The position numbers and the translations under genes were made by a program. From contig JAQFVV010000010.1 in NCBI GenBank assembly GCA_028023455.1, positions 8,184,001 through 8,248,000 on the forward strand: DNA of 64,000 nt, given 5' to 3'. The notes under the pieces were generated by a model. It was not told the origin of the DNA. It worked only from the letters and a program-made list of their open reading frames with translations, and did no database searches. The stretch's first letter is position 1, and each line of letters begins with the position of its first letter. Of this stretch, positions 11,392 through 24,481 are shown in pieces. Source of the stretch: Epiperipatus broadwayi (taxonomy: Eukaryota; Animalia; Onychophora).

Positions 11392-14300
11392 AACGGCTTG
11401 TCTAAGCATAGGAAATGATGATCATGTGGTGTTTGTTTCAATTAACTAATTTTATTTTATAGGCAATAGGAATGGGATAGTCTTTTTTAAATGCTTAGAT
11501 ATTTTAAAAAAGTAAATTATCTTACTTGCAAATACAGATATATTAAAATTGCATAAAGTGATATTTATAATGTATATATAATTATTTTTTTATTATAAGT
11601 ATGATTTTGAATCAGTATTTGAGAAAACAAAACAAAATACATATAATGCATATATATATATATATATTGTTTATTTTCTTCAATATTTTTATCATCCTAA
11701 TTTAATTTCTTTTTTGTGTGTAAATTTTGATTCAATATATAAAAATGCTTCACATTAACATGACCAGGATATTGTAAAACATTTAACTATACAGCATAAC
11801 TAAAAAATCTGCATTCCTGTATAATCAATGCCTCTACAATTGTATTATTTTACATATGATATTCATTGTAGGTCCTACAATTTACAGAAATTTGACAAAA
11901 AAAGAAGACTTGTAATTTTGTTTAGCATGTAATAAAATGTGTGATTTTTTGATTTTTCCAAAATACATAGACTATACAGGCCCATCACACTACCCATAAG
12001 CTGACTGTGGGTAAAAAAAATTAGCTTGCACAGAAGTGCCTGTTACCCAGGTAGCAACATTGTTGACACCTTTTCTGACCTTTGTCTAAGAGTTTTAATG
12101 CTAACACAATATCATTGACTTTAAGAGCTTACTATCAATAAAAAAAAAAACATTTCTCTCTAATGTTATTATAGGCTTATGTTATCAATGATTACTCAAT
12201 AGTAGTGCAATTTAATCATTAATCTTAAAGCAATTTTTGATTTTTGCCCTTATCAATAAGGACTTTGAGTTCAAAGCTGAAAAACATTTTAAATTATTAT
12301 ATTACTAACAAATTTTTAACTTATTTTGAACTCAGATCAATACATCTTGCAAAATTGGTAGATTTAGCAGATCAATAACTATGTATGTTAATAGTCTTTT
12401 TTTATCTATAGATTATTAAAATGTATATTCTATAAAGTTTTATACATGCAGGTATGAATTAGCTTTGAAAACATAGGATTTTTTTGGATTTCAAAACTAA
12501 AAAAACTTGTGATTCCAGATGCATAATTGCATTGACTCCCGTTTATTTTTATAGCTCGTAAAAAGCGCATGCACAATAGCTTGAAAAGGCTGGTCTTTAA
12601 TGTATTGACTCCCGTTTTAAAGCTAAGTTCTCATTAATAAAAGCAAAAAAAAACATTTAACTTATCAAGAGATGAGATTAAACTGCATTACCATCAGTTA
12701 GACACTGATAAAATTAGAATAGAGTAGAAAAAAAAAAAAAAAGCTTTTGTTAATATAATGCTTTGTGTTAGTAATATCTTACTCTATATAAATTTTCAAA
12801 TTTCAGAAATATTGTTCTATTTTTTTATATAATAATATATTTTCACATTTTTTATGGCTATAAATTAACTTAATTTTTTTTTTTTTAAACCATAAAATCT
12901 CAAATCAATTTTCAAAAATAAATACTTTCGTAATTTTATCAGCTTCCAACAGCTTTTCAATATTTTACCTGTATTTTTAATTAACTTTTATTTGCACTAA
13001 TAATGAAAGTATAATTTTAAAAAAATGAAAAGAATTCAAAACATTAAAAACAAAGATTAGTATATATTGTGAATACTTGAGTTCTTTTTCTTTTTTGTTT
13101 CTCTACACACAAACACACGTCATACTGATTTCTGGAATTTGTATACTACTTGTATAATCTTCATAAATTAATATATATATTATTTTAATGGGAATTTAAA
13201 TTCATTGCTTATGTAAATTTTCTAGAGTATTTACAATTTCGGGAAAATTTATTCGTTTCCTGTCTGACTGTAATTACAAAAAAATACATCAACTTTATTT
13301 ACAAAAACCATTAAAACATACATATAAACGTGCACACGCAGTGCGATAGTTAGTCAGACAATACAATTGTATTTTTTTTTTATCTATTTGTTTATTAAAA
13401 TATAGGATGAAGGATCATAACCATGACAACAGCAAAACATCATTTCAAATTAACATTTAATAATTCACAAAATGTTTACTAATAGAAAATAATGCCAATT
13501 CTAATCAAATTTCAAAATATGTACTGAGCAATTAATTAGTTCTAGTTATAAAAGAAATTGGTTGGATAAATAAATGAAGTTAGGGTTTTTTTGCTCATCA
13601 CTCTGTGTCCAAATGTTATATAAAAATATCTTATTTACTGAAGACAGTAAATAAAATTCAAGATAAGATTATTTTTTTTCAGTCGTGAAGTGTTATAAAG
13701 AAATCTACTATTGATTTCTTTCCTTACTTTATAATGTTTAATTAAAAATTATATGTTAAATAAACATAAAATGAAAATATGTAAATAGATGCAAATCTAA
13801 TGTAAATATCCTCTAGTTTAAAATAAAACTTGTATTTTAATATAAATATATACATAAATTATTGCAATATTTACAAATAAAAGTAATCTAAATTTACTTT
13901 ATCAATTTAAATTTAAGACCATAAGCTAAAATATGTTAGTTAAACACATAAAATAATAAGTAATATTTATACAGATTAACTAATTAATTAATAAATGAAA
14001 AATAATTTTAAAATATTATATTTCAATTCCTACAACTGCAACGGGCAATAAAAAGTACTGCAGTAAACAATTCAATTGGATTTTTCAATTTATTTAGCTA
14101 TTGAGTAATCAGTTGCTCAAAAGATAAAAAAATATTGGACGGCTAAATATAGCAAGAATTTTGAACACTAAATGTTAAGATTTCCTCACATTAAGCTATT
14201 GAACTCAATAAAGAAATTTCTAAAGCTAGATTGCTTAAACTTAGTTAAGGCGGTTTTTTTTTCTATATTTATAATACCATTTATTAAACTTGACTAATTT

Positions 14301-14559
14301 GTACAATGACTTAATTTCCAGATCCACACCAGTTTCTGGTATCAAGAAATTCAAAATAGCTGCACTGATTTTAGGTTTGCATTTCAAGTTTTCATTGGTC
14401 TGGGTCTGATATCCACAGATTACTCATTCTTATAAATGATGTTAGAGTAATAGAAATAGATAGAGAAAAGGGAAGAGAGAAAAAGAGTTAGAGACATATA
14501 TAGGAAAGAGAGAGAAATGGAGAGGAAAGAGAATGCAAGAGAGAAAAGATGGTAGTGTC

Positions 14560-15160
14560 TAATAAACCGTCATCCAGTATTGTCTTATCCATATATTATC
14601 AGATTAGTTTCTAGTTGATGACTTTTATTAGTGAGGAGCTTTTGGATTTTTGAATGGTGGATTTTGTTGGCTCTAATGCAACATTTCCTCTGGGAATCAT
14701 TTTTTACATTTTTGTTAAATTACTAACTAAATTGAAAAACTTGTATATTTTTTAAATCCAATCCAATTTGCTTGGATAGTTGAGATCTGAATCCAGTTCA
14801 GTTTTTATACATTATGATGGTCTTAGTTTTTAAAAAACCATAGACAGATCTGGATAAAGAATAAAGGTACTTAAGATTATGAAAAAACTGAGATCACCAT
14901 AATATAATAAATTGAACTGGATCCAGATCTATATAACTAAGGAAGAAAATTGGTTTGGATTGAATAAATTCACAAGTTTTTCAATTTCGGGTGATAGTTT
15001 GATAGCATCATAAAACAGGAAAAAGTGGCCAATAGAAAAATATACATTAGATCCAAAAGAGTCCAAGTGCACTATTCAAAAGTCCAAAATCTCTTGCTGA
15101 TGACTAAAAGCCATTTGGTGATATTTGGATAATAAAGCACTGAATGAGAATTTATTAAAT
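14560..15160. mobile_element. ~600-bp foldback element with nested inverted repeats
   Basis: Inner arms ~14730-14830 and ~14880-14985 (atctgaatccagttca / tgaactggatccagat); outer arms ~14560-14680 and ~15045-15160. Homologous to the interior of 11062-11391. Boundaries approximate. Confidence 0.7.
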
Positions 15161-15921
15161 ATTACCATCGGACATCTATTTATTACTAAACCTTATACTA
15201 GATGGTAATGAGATTGAAAGAAAATTGCTAAAATTTATTTTTGTCAGGTTCCTAGCAGTTTAACAAATTTTAAAAATGAATTCATTCTTAAGTAATATGA
15301 TTGTAAGCTGAAAATAGCTCTTTTAAAAAAAATAACATTGTTTCACCGCATCACCTTTAAAAATTTATCTTAAAATAGTCATCCTACACAATTTTTAAAA
15401 AATATTTTAAACTATTTCCTTTGGATATTTAAATTAAAATTTTAGGCATATCTTTATTACTATCTTTCCTAGTAACATTTTTAGTTCAGTCTCTTAATTC
15501 TGTCAATAACATCACTTATACCTGCTTATTATTTCATATATACATTTTACTTTTGATTCATCCTTGGTAATTTCAACAAACAATTTCATACTTCAATAAG
15601 TGTCATTCATTTTATTAAAATTTTACATCTGTGACCTATAAGTAATGACTATGATTCAACACATTACATATATATAATTCTTTAATTTATTTTTAACAAA
15701 AGCACTCCCCAAGTTTAATTTTGGTTAATTTTAATTATGATGTTTTTATGCAAATTAATAATTTATCCATATATTTATAATTGCATATATAACAATACAA
15801 ATATTTACTTTATAATTTAATAACCAAAACTCATGGCTAACTATACAACTGTTCTGATCAGATTATTCCTTGGATAAACATTATTTTTTGAAAATGTATA
15901 TTTTTGCATGGTAGGTAATAT

Positions 15922-16027
15922 ATTTTTTTCTCATGTGTCATAGCATTAGCCAGGAAGCAAAGCCACTAACCTGGGACAACTGCTTGTAAAGCAGCTGTCA
16001 CTGACCTCTTGACCACCAATGCTTGAC
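15922..16027 (-). mobile_element. tRNA-Gly-derived SINE (TAC at anticodon position)
   Basis: tRNA-like part 15942-16022 with GTCAA leader and TATGACACATGAG-A tail. 14-bp TSD atggtaggtaatat at 15908-15921 and 16029-16042. Confidence 0.85.
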
Positions 16028-16099
16028 TATGGTAGGTAATATTATAAGTAAATTTTTTATATTTTGATGGATTTTCTTATTATAGTAATACTACATAAT

Positions 16100-16440
16100 T
16101 TGTGTGTGGTGAGCATATAAAATTGTGCTTTTAAACTATCTATCTAATTCAGATATGTAGATGACATATTTAACAATATAGTAAACATAAGCTATAAATA
16201 ATATCCATCCTCATATTAAATTTGCAGTGAAAATAGAAATGAGCAGAATTTCATTTCTTTGCAAGTACTCATTAAAACAAAAACAGAATAATTTTTTGCT
16301 GCTATAATTTTCAGAAATAAACATACAGACAGAAAAATACATAAGAATTTATTCTCTTATCAATCCATTTCATATTTTTTCTGTAGTAAAACCCTCTTTA
16401 CCAGAGCAGTTAATTTTGTGGATAAATCATATCTAGAGTA
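16100..16440 (+). mobile_element. Penelope-like RT remnant
   Basis: FRYVDDIF at 16148, then HPHIKFAV and RNKHTDR-like motifs typical of the PLE RT palm and thumb; frameshifted. Confidence 0.7.
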
Positions 16441-18059
16441 AGAAATAAGTTGTACAAATAATAAATAACAATTACAATAAAAGACAATGAATAAAGCCAT
16501 AGCCCAGAACCAAGCTAATGATAATAAAAACAAAGTAAAAATTATCGAGATAGATATTTGCTACTCAATATCTAACATATGTTAAAATATTTCATGGTTG
16601 ACGAAGCAAGTTTAATTTCAACTCTTAATTTTTTTTTGTTTATATATAATGGTATTATATATTCACACACATTAATAGTTTTGCAATTATTATGTTGGTC
16701 AATGTTATTTTTAGTTGTAAAAACATAAAAAATATGTACTTTCTATTAAAATTATTATAAATACTGGACAATACTTAATCTATAAAACTTTTTATGAAAT
16801 CTTAATTAATTCGTTTTTATTAATTAAAAACTTTTAAGAAAATTAATTTTTAATTTTTTTAAATATTGTTTCTGATTTTAATATTCTTTTATCTGTAAAA
16901 CCTCCCAGATTGATTTAATTAAAAATTTGGTACATCTATTAAATAAAAACAATTATGTTAAAACAGGCAAAACTCACTATACGTATTGCATAAGAGGTGG
17001 TGGTCACGTGTTGTTTATTGGCTTAAAAATAATTATGGTTTTAAAGGTTAAGACAGTCCTAGTAAATCTATTAATTAACTAATTATAGGCTTATCTAAGT
17101 TAGAAATGTAATCACTGGATTTGCTAACTAAAAATTCTTAGGAAATGAATAAATTAATTATCTAGATTTAGTGCTGTTAAAAGGACCAGCTCATAATTAT
17201 ATTTTTATTCTGTTTATTCTACCTTCTATTCTGTATTTTTCTGGTATTCTACTTTGATTCTGGTTTTATTTGTGATCATTATCTTAACTGCTTAGCATCT
17301 ACCAATGGCAATGTTAAAAATTATAAGCAGTTAAAGTTCTGGAAAACAAATTTCACTTATCAGAAATCAACTACTATCTTCAAATATGCCATACAATTAA
17401 ATGCACTTCTCATTATGAAAGAGCAACTCCAGGACAAACTCTATCAGATCAACAAAACCAGTAAAATAAAATATAAAAATTGCTATCTACATTTGTATAT
17501 ATGTACATTTATCTAATTCAACTTTTCCGGAAAATATTAGCCTCTTTAACAACTCTTCTCTGGACTTATAATAAAATTTTCTTATGAACTGTTTTATTAA
17601 GTCATTTCTGTAATCCAGTGGTATATAGGTTAAAGGATTTAATTTTCTATTTGTACCATTGTCTGTTTTATAAACTATTTTTTGTATTATTATTGTTTCT
17701 ATCTTTAACCCTTAAGAAGTATCTGATATAGCTGATAGTTGAATCTAGTTTTAAAGTTGAATCTTTTTTATTTACCTTTGTAAAAGTTTTTTTTGAAAGA
17801 AAATTAAAATAATCTTTAGTAGTTCCCTTGATAAGATGTTAGTTATTTGAAAGAAAATCACTTCCACAATTGTTGTTAATTGGAGTCTATGTTACTTTTA
17901 ATGACAAGTTTTAAAAAGTTTTAAAAGAGATTTTATTTTATAGTTTTCTTAATTAATAATTAATAATGCCACTGAAAAATTTAAAAATTACTACTATAAA
18001 TGAATACTTGGCCATATATATATATATGCATAATTTTATAAATCATTAAGGGGTTTTGT

Positions 18060-18200
18060 GTCTGAATATTCTAGCTCTTCATTGAGGTGAGCCGTAGGTT
18101 TGAGGCCAGTTGGTCTGGGAATGGGAGTGTTCTGGATAGAGGATTTAGGTGTTTTCTCTTACCGCACTTATTAATTAAGAGCTTGTTTGAGCTATTGGAT
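18060..18200 (-). repeat. Copy of an unclassified interspersed repeat family
   Basis: Reverse complement matches the arm and spacer of 6020-6207 (caatagctcaaacaagct...gagaaaacacctaaatcctctatccagaacac). Confidence 0.7.
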
Positions 18201-19777
18201 TGCCAGTTTTATTTATAGTCTTACATGCATCTAAAGTTACAGAAATTGTTTTACCTATGTTTGGGCATTATATATAGTAATCCCAGATATTTAACTACCA
18301 CATGAGTTTATTATTATGTGTTTTAACCCCTGTGATTTATTATTCTGCTTACCACTTGAGATAGTCACAGTTATTGTTATTTTTGCATTGGGTAAAGTGA
18401 TGTTTCTTCCCATGAGTTCCCACTTGAGATGTTTGTGGATATGTCTGTTTTGCAATGGAAAAGAGACTATCCTTCCCATTATTATCTATATATTTTTGCT
18501 TTCTAAGATGAGTTATTAGTGGGCCTGTTTATTGTCATTTCTTATTTATTGTTTTTCATGGTTAAATCCAGTGCGTTGCATATAGGTTTGATTGTTGTAG
18601 TAGGATGAATGTGTGAGCATAGAGTAGGCCTACATTATTATTGATGGATTTGTTTATTTCAAGTGTGCAATATACATGTACACACACTCTGGAAATTGTC
18701 AAGCTATTATCAAACTTCAGGGATTATCTATTAGTATTTTAAGTAGAATTCTTTAAGAAAGTGTAATATAATATTTACATAATCAGCTGTCAAATAAACT
18801 CTATACTTTCCTAAAAGAGTTAATTAATAATCAATTACTGTCAGATTTGAATAATTCTGGTATTTAAATCCATAATTGAATTATATATTATACTTATTGT
18901 TAAATTGTTAATAAATTTTGTTTTGTTAATTATTATATTTGTCCAGCATTTTGTTTATTGTTCTTTCAAATATTATTTTGCCAAGAATGTCTGCTTTCCA
19001 TGATCTAGAGGTGGTTTTAGGTATATGAGTGATGGTATAGCTGTAGTTGGCATTTATACTTGTATCCTCATTAGCAAACTATACATTTTCTGGATTAGAG
19101 GAATAATGGTGCCCTCTGATGATGAATATTATGTGTCTGCTGTCCATCACACTGTATACCCTATCAAACAAAAATTAGTAACATTTTATTCAAACTAAGG
19201 ACTCAATCTGTTTTGAGGCATGGAGAGTTTACAAAATCCCATGTTGGAGTATCTTAAATGAGCAATTATTGCATTATTTCTGGAAAAGATAAACATACTA
19301 ATTTAATAAAGAAGCATTCATTATCATTGAGACTCTCATGCTAAAGAAAGATTTTACTCACAATGTAAATTTTTCAAATGAAAATTATTCAGATATTATA
19401 TTCACTATCAAAAAATAAATCAAAGAGATCATCAAGATTTTAAAAAAAACTTATCTTAATTAACAAACATGATAATAATCTAAGTCATGTTTTCATTTGG
19501 AAAAATTTCTTCAAGCTCATTAATCAAACATCTGTTATTTTATAACAGATGTTTAATCTTATATCACCGTTTTCTTCACATTTAAAAAAATTTCTATTGT
19601 TGATTTATTGATTGTACTTTCAATTTTATTCTACAGCATATTTTAAAATAATGCTTCTTGCCCAGTTGAGAAGGTATATAATCCAGCTGAAACAGTACTA
19701 CAACAATACTGTTAATTATTCATGGCTGAAACAATATATATAAACATTAAAAGCATAAAGCTAACCTAGTCATTAAG

Positions 19778-19905
19778 TAATCAAAATTACACTAAATTCA
19801 CAACTTAACTAGACCAGCCAAAAAAATCAACTCCAAAACACTACTAATGGTAGTTTATTTTTTTGGGTGGTCTTGTTGAGTTTGAATTTGGTGTAATTTT
19901 GATTA
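19778..19905. repeat. 128-bp imperfect hairpin
   Basis: taatcaaaattacactaaattcacaacttaactagaccagcc / gggtggtcttgttgagtttgaatttggtgtaattttgatta. Confidence 0.8.
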
Positions 19906-20559
19906 TATATACTTTTTTATATATGTTAATGACATTATTTTTGCACTATAAAAATGTGAAAAATGAAATAAATAGTTTTCACTTAATAGTAAATAGTAGT
20001 ATTAATTGTTAGGCCATATTTATAGCTTAATTTCCATTATATTTACAGTATGAAACATGTTATAATCCTAATTTTACATGAGATAAAAGAAAGAATATTT
20101 AAGATATTTAAGATATTATTACAACTTATAATTGACATTATACAAAAATTGACTGATATTTTTCATTTTCTTATTTGCAAACAAAATCAAATATTGAAAT
20201 GATTACAAAATAACTGACGCAACAGCCCTCAGAAATGCTTCTCATGAATAACCACGGAAATATTAAAAACCTCAAACACTGGTCTCTAGAACGTTAAATA
20301 TTTTATTTGTTAAACAAAATCAATCTTTTTTTTCTCAAAATATGATTTATTAACATAATATTAATCTTTGAATTTACATGTTATATGTAGTGATATACAA
20401 GATTCAAACTATGATTTACAAAGCAGAACTTGATTTACTGAGTGAACAGAAAAACCTTGAATTGTATATGCATATAACTTGCTAATTTCATAGCTTCTCT
20501 CATAGTTTACTAAGTAACCTCTGGCCTTAATGGCAACTAGGTACATCACATCTGCCAAG

Positions 20560-22310
20560 AATCACATCATCCCCACCATCCAGAGGACAAGAAAGTGAAA
20601 ACCCATACTAATGCCTGCAGCACCCATGTCCCAGCCCCCCTCCTAAGGACTAGGAACCAGGCCTTGGGGTATTTCCAAAGTTCAAATTCTCTCATCCAAT
20701 GCCCTTACTAATCCCCACAGCAACCAGATCCCTTCCAAAATCCAGGCTTGTGAGACTTTCCAAGCATCAGAACCTGCCATCCAGATGGCAGAGATGAGTG
20801 ACACAGCAGCCCCAATTTAAAGTTTAAACCATAGTAGAACTCTCTGGCCTGAGTCACCCAAGCATGAGATTCTCTCATCTTCACAGCCAAGACAAGAAAT
20901 GTTGCAGCACTAATCAAAAATGTAAATCTCACATGCTTATATCATATGCCATCTACAGATTATCAGATAGTCTAATAACCAACCTATGAATCATATAGAG
21001 AACAAAGAGACTAAAACCACAATGCATCGTGTCATCTCCACTGCCCTGAAGATGAGAAAGATGAAACCCGTACTAATCCCCATAGCACTTCACATCCCAG
21101 CCCCCCCCATAAGAACCAGAGTTCAGACCCCAGTATCCCAAATTCCAGACTCTCTCATCTGAAGCTCATATTAGAATCCAATACACCCACATTCCAGCCC
21201 CCCTCCAAGATCAGGAAGCAAGCCCTGGGAGCTCTCCAAGCAACAAACTCAGTCTTCAAGACCGCAAAGATGAGTGACCCAGTAGCCTCAATCCAATGTT
21301 CAAATCACAGTTGAACTCTTCGGGAACTTTAGTTTTGTCCATCATGTTTCAGCTTCCAGACAGCTTATAAAAAATTAGAAGTCTTAATCCATGAGGTCCT
21401 TAACTATTGGTAAAAATCAAATGATAAAACTAGAAGCACAATCCATATAATGAGGTACAACTGTTAACAATTCAATGTCATAATAATTGCTAAGTGCAAA
21501 TCTTCAGGATTTCCAATGCCTTGCATAAAAAATTCATTATTACTTTCCAAAATCAAAAACTTTAATGTATATGTAATAACCAGATGCTTGCATTATGTGT
21601 TATACCACAATATAATTCTAGATTTATAGAGCAATCAAAGATGTACATACAGTAATGTATCCATTAAAATCACATATTGAATAGTGTCCATCATGTTTCA
21701 GCACCCTGATAACCTATGAAAACCAGAAGCACTAATGCATATAGTCAAATGTTAAAATTATCGATTTGCACAGTTCTGCATTCAATATAGAAAAAAACGT
21801 TTAATATAGAATGTAAGGTTGAATAATTAAGCAACAAATGTTCAGATACAGTCTAAAACAATTCACTATAGTAGAAAAGAATCAAGTCAAATCTCAGGTC
21901 TAAACTGCAAGCACAAAACTGCAATGAATAACGTTGTCATTTTTAACAAATGAATGAGCCATCCAAATCTGGTAAAAACATTTTAAAAGACATAGTCAAT
22001 GATCCAACATCAAATGCATGGATAAAAGATAAAGCAACACCTGAAATAAATGATCAGGTACAATGAGAAACAATTTACTATTGTGGAAAAATTCTTTCTT
22101 TAAAAGTAAAATCTCAGGTTTAAAAAGCAAGCATTAAAGCTTAAATGAATAATGCTGCTATTGCTAACAAATAAATGAGCTATCTAATTCTGGTAACTAT
22201 CCCCAGAGCACCTTTCCCCAGCTCTGCCTCATATAAAAACTAGGATTTAGGCTCTCAGGGGTCCTCCCAACAATCAGACACTCTCACCCACGTCAGCAAA
22301 GCTGCCCTGA
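20560..22310 (+). repeat. Relatively GC-rich unclassified repeat with internal degenerate direct duplications
   Basis: A ~470-bp period unit (20560-20850 vs 21025-21320), a duplicated gtccatcatgtttcagc (21338, 21687), a duplicated aatctcagg...tctggtaa (21890, 22110), and an aactaggatttaggc motif at ~22240 shared with 60300-60420 and 60920-61040. Confidence 0.65.
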
Positions 22311-23100
22311 CTCAAAATATTCCCTGAAAATTAAGTCTTTCAATAGAAATCTCTAGAAATTTACATGGCTGTCAGTTATTTTTAACCGCACTCCAAAGAA
22401 AACCCAGTTAATATTTCATTTATATCTGCAGTTCATGAAATTCTTTAATATAATATATTTATATGTTAAAACAAAGATTTTCATAGGATATAGATATAAA
22501 TGACATATTATTTTTGTTCATTTGTGTATAATTTATTATGTCAAAAAAACTGCTGATGTTGAATGGGTCAGACTAACCATAATGATTATTATAAAACAAT
22601 TGTACAACTGCTGAAAACATTAACGTATAATAATACTGAACATTCCAACAATAGCAAACAGAAATAATAAAAATCAGAAATCTTTTAGATTAATAGTTTA
22701 GATTGTATCAACAAAAATTACTTTCTATTTGGAATAACTTTTTAAAAAACTATTAATCTAAATAATTTTTGATTTTTATTATTTTTACATATCTTCTATT
22801 GGTAAAACTTTATGTCAACATTTACAGCACCTCTGCAATTGTTTTTATAATATCCATTACTCAACTGACAGCCAGTATGATAAATTAAAAATGGGTAAAC
22901 CTGTATAATATATCATTTATATATATATTGTAATAGCACCAATTTGATTGCAATTCCAGTTATTTGTATTACAGGGCTACATGGTTAAAAAAGCTTGCTA
23001 AAAGACTCTGTATATTGGCATGTGTGTGCAATATATATGCATAATTAAATTATACCAGTGTAAGAAATTAAAAAAAATAGATCTATAGAGTTAATACTAA

Positions 23101-24481
23101 TTAATGGTCAAACTGTGAGTGCAGACCAGATGCCATGTGCCGGAGTTCTTAATCCATAGATTAGCACCGGTCTGGCTCCCACAGGAACCGGAGACTCCTT
23201 GTAATACCAAATCCTGGATTCAGCACATCTACATTCTCTCCTCTAATACCAAATCCTGGATTCAGCACATATACACTCTCTCCTCTAGTATGCCACCCTA
23301 GGTTAGAAGCAGATAAACTTCTGCAGCTGGGGATATCCATTCTTCAGTGGAGAACCACACCATCAGATTGCCAGAGTTGATTTCCTTCGCACACATACTC
23401 ACATAGGTAGCACCAAATCTCTCTATTAATATTTGCAATACAGCCTCTAGCCACCACAGGTAACTTGTAAATAAACTTATAGTATTATTAATTTAAACTT
23501 GTGAGTCAGAACTAGTTATTAATTAATTATTTTTAGAAACACATCCATTCATTTAATTTTGAAAGCATAGAAATGTTTAACCTCTGAAACCATGTAAATA
23601 AATACCAGATAAATAAAATGATTTAAGACTTAGGAGTGCTGGTGCTTTGTCATGTGGTATGTTATGAAGAATCCTGAGACTTTCAAACCCTAAGTTACAA
23701 TGAGCTATATGAAGAAGGGAAGCTGTGTGACATCGAGGATGTTAATTAGATGGTTGAGACTAGGGTTTAAACATTTTTATGAGACTTTCAAAATTAATAT
23801 TATATCATAAATTACAAAACCATGAAGTGCTAATTAAGTGAATGGATATGTTTCTAAAGATAATTAATTAATAGCTAGTTCTGATGCATAAGTTTAAATT
23901 AATAATACTATAAGTTTATTTATATGAATAAATATAATTAAGAGAGTAGCTTACAAGCATAAGATGATGATTTACTGAGTTTTACATAATGTTATTAAAG
24001 GTAGGGGTAGCTTACAATAATGATGTGTGCCCTATTTCCTTAAATTGGAATTATAATGATTGATCAGCCCATTCTAGGTCTAATACATATAATTATATTT
24101 TGATTTATTAGGGAAGAGCTTGTGGATGGATTTGATTGGAAGTTACCTGGGATTGCTAATGAGTGTAGGTGGAAGCTAGACAGCAAATATTGATAGAGAG
24201 ATTGTGGTACTACCTGAATGAGTTGGGACAATGTTATATCAAGATGGCTGTGGTAATCTGATGGTGTGGTTCATTGCTGAACAGTGGATGTCCCAGACAC
24301 AGAGGTGTATCTGCTTCTAACCTAAGTTGCTTACCATAAGAGAGAGTGTAGATGTGCTGAATCCAGGATTTAGGGTTGCAAGAAGTCTCCACCTCCTATG
24401 GAATATTGACCAGTGCTAATCTATGTATTAGGAACCGAGGCACATTGCATCTGGTCGGCCCTCATGCAGTTTGATCATTAA
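23101..24481. mobile_element. 1.38-kb foldback element with several nested pairs of inverted arms
   Basis: Outer arms 23101-~23245 / ~24340-24481; further arm pairs ~23295-23370 / 24250-24325 and ~23405-23435 / 24183-24213; inner hairpin ~23470-23560 / 23820-23915. No ORF. Confidence 0.85.
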
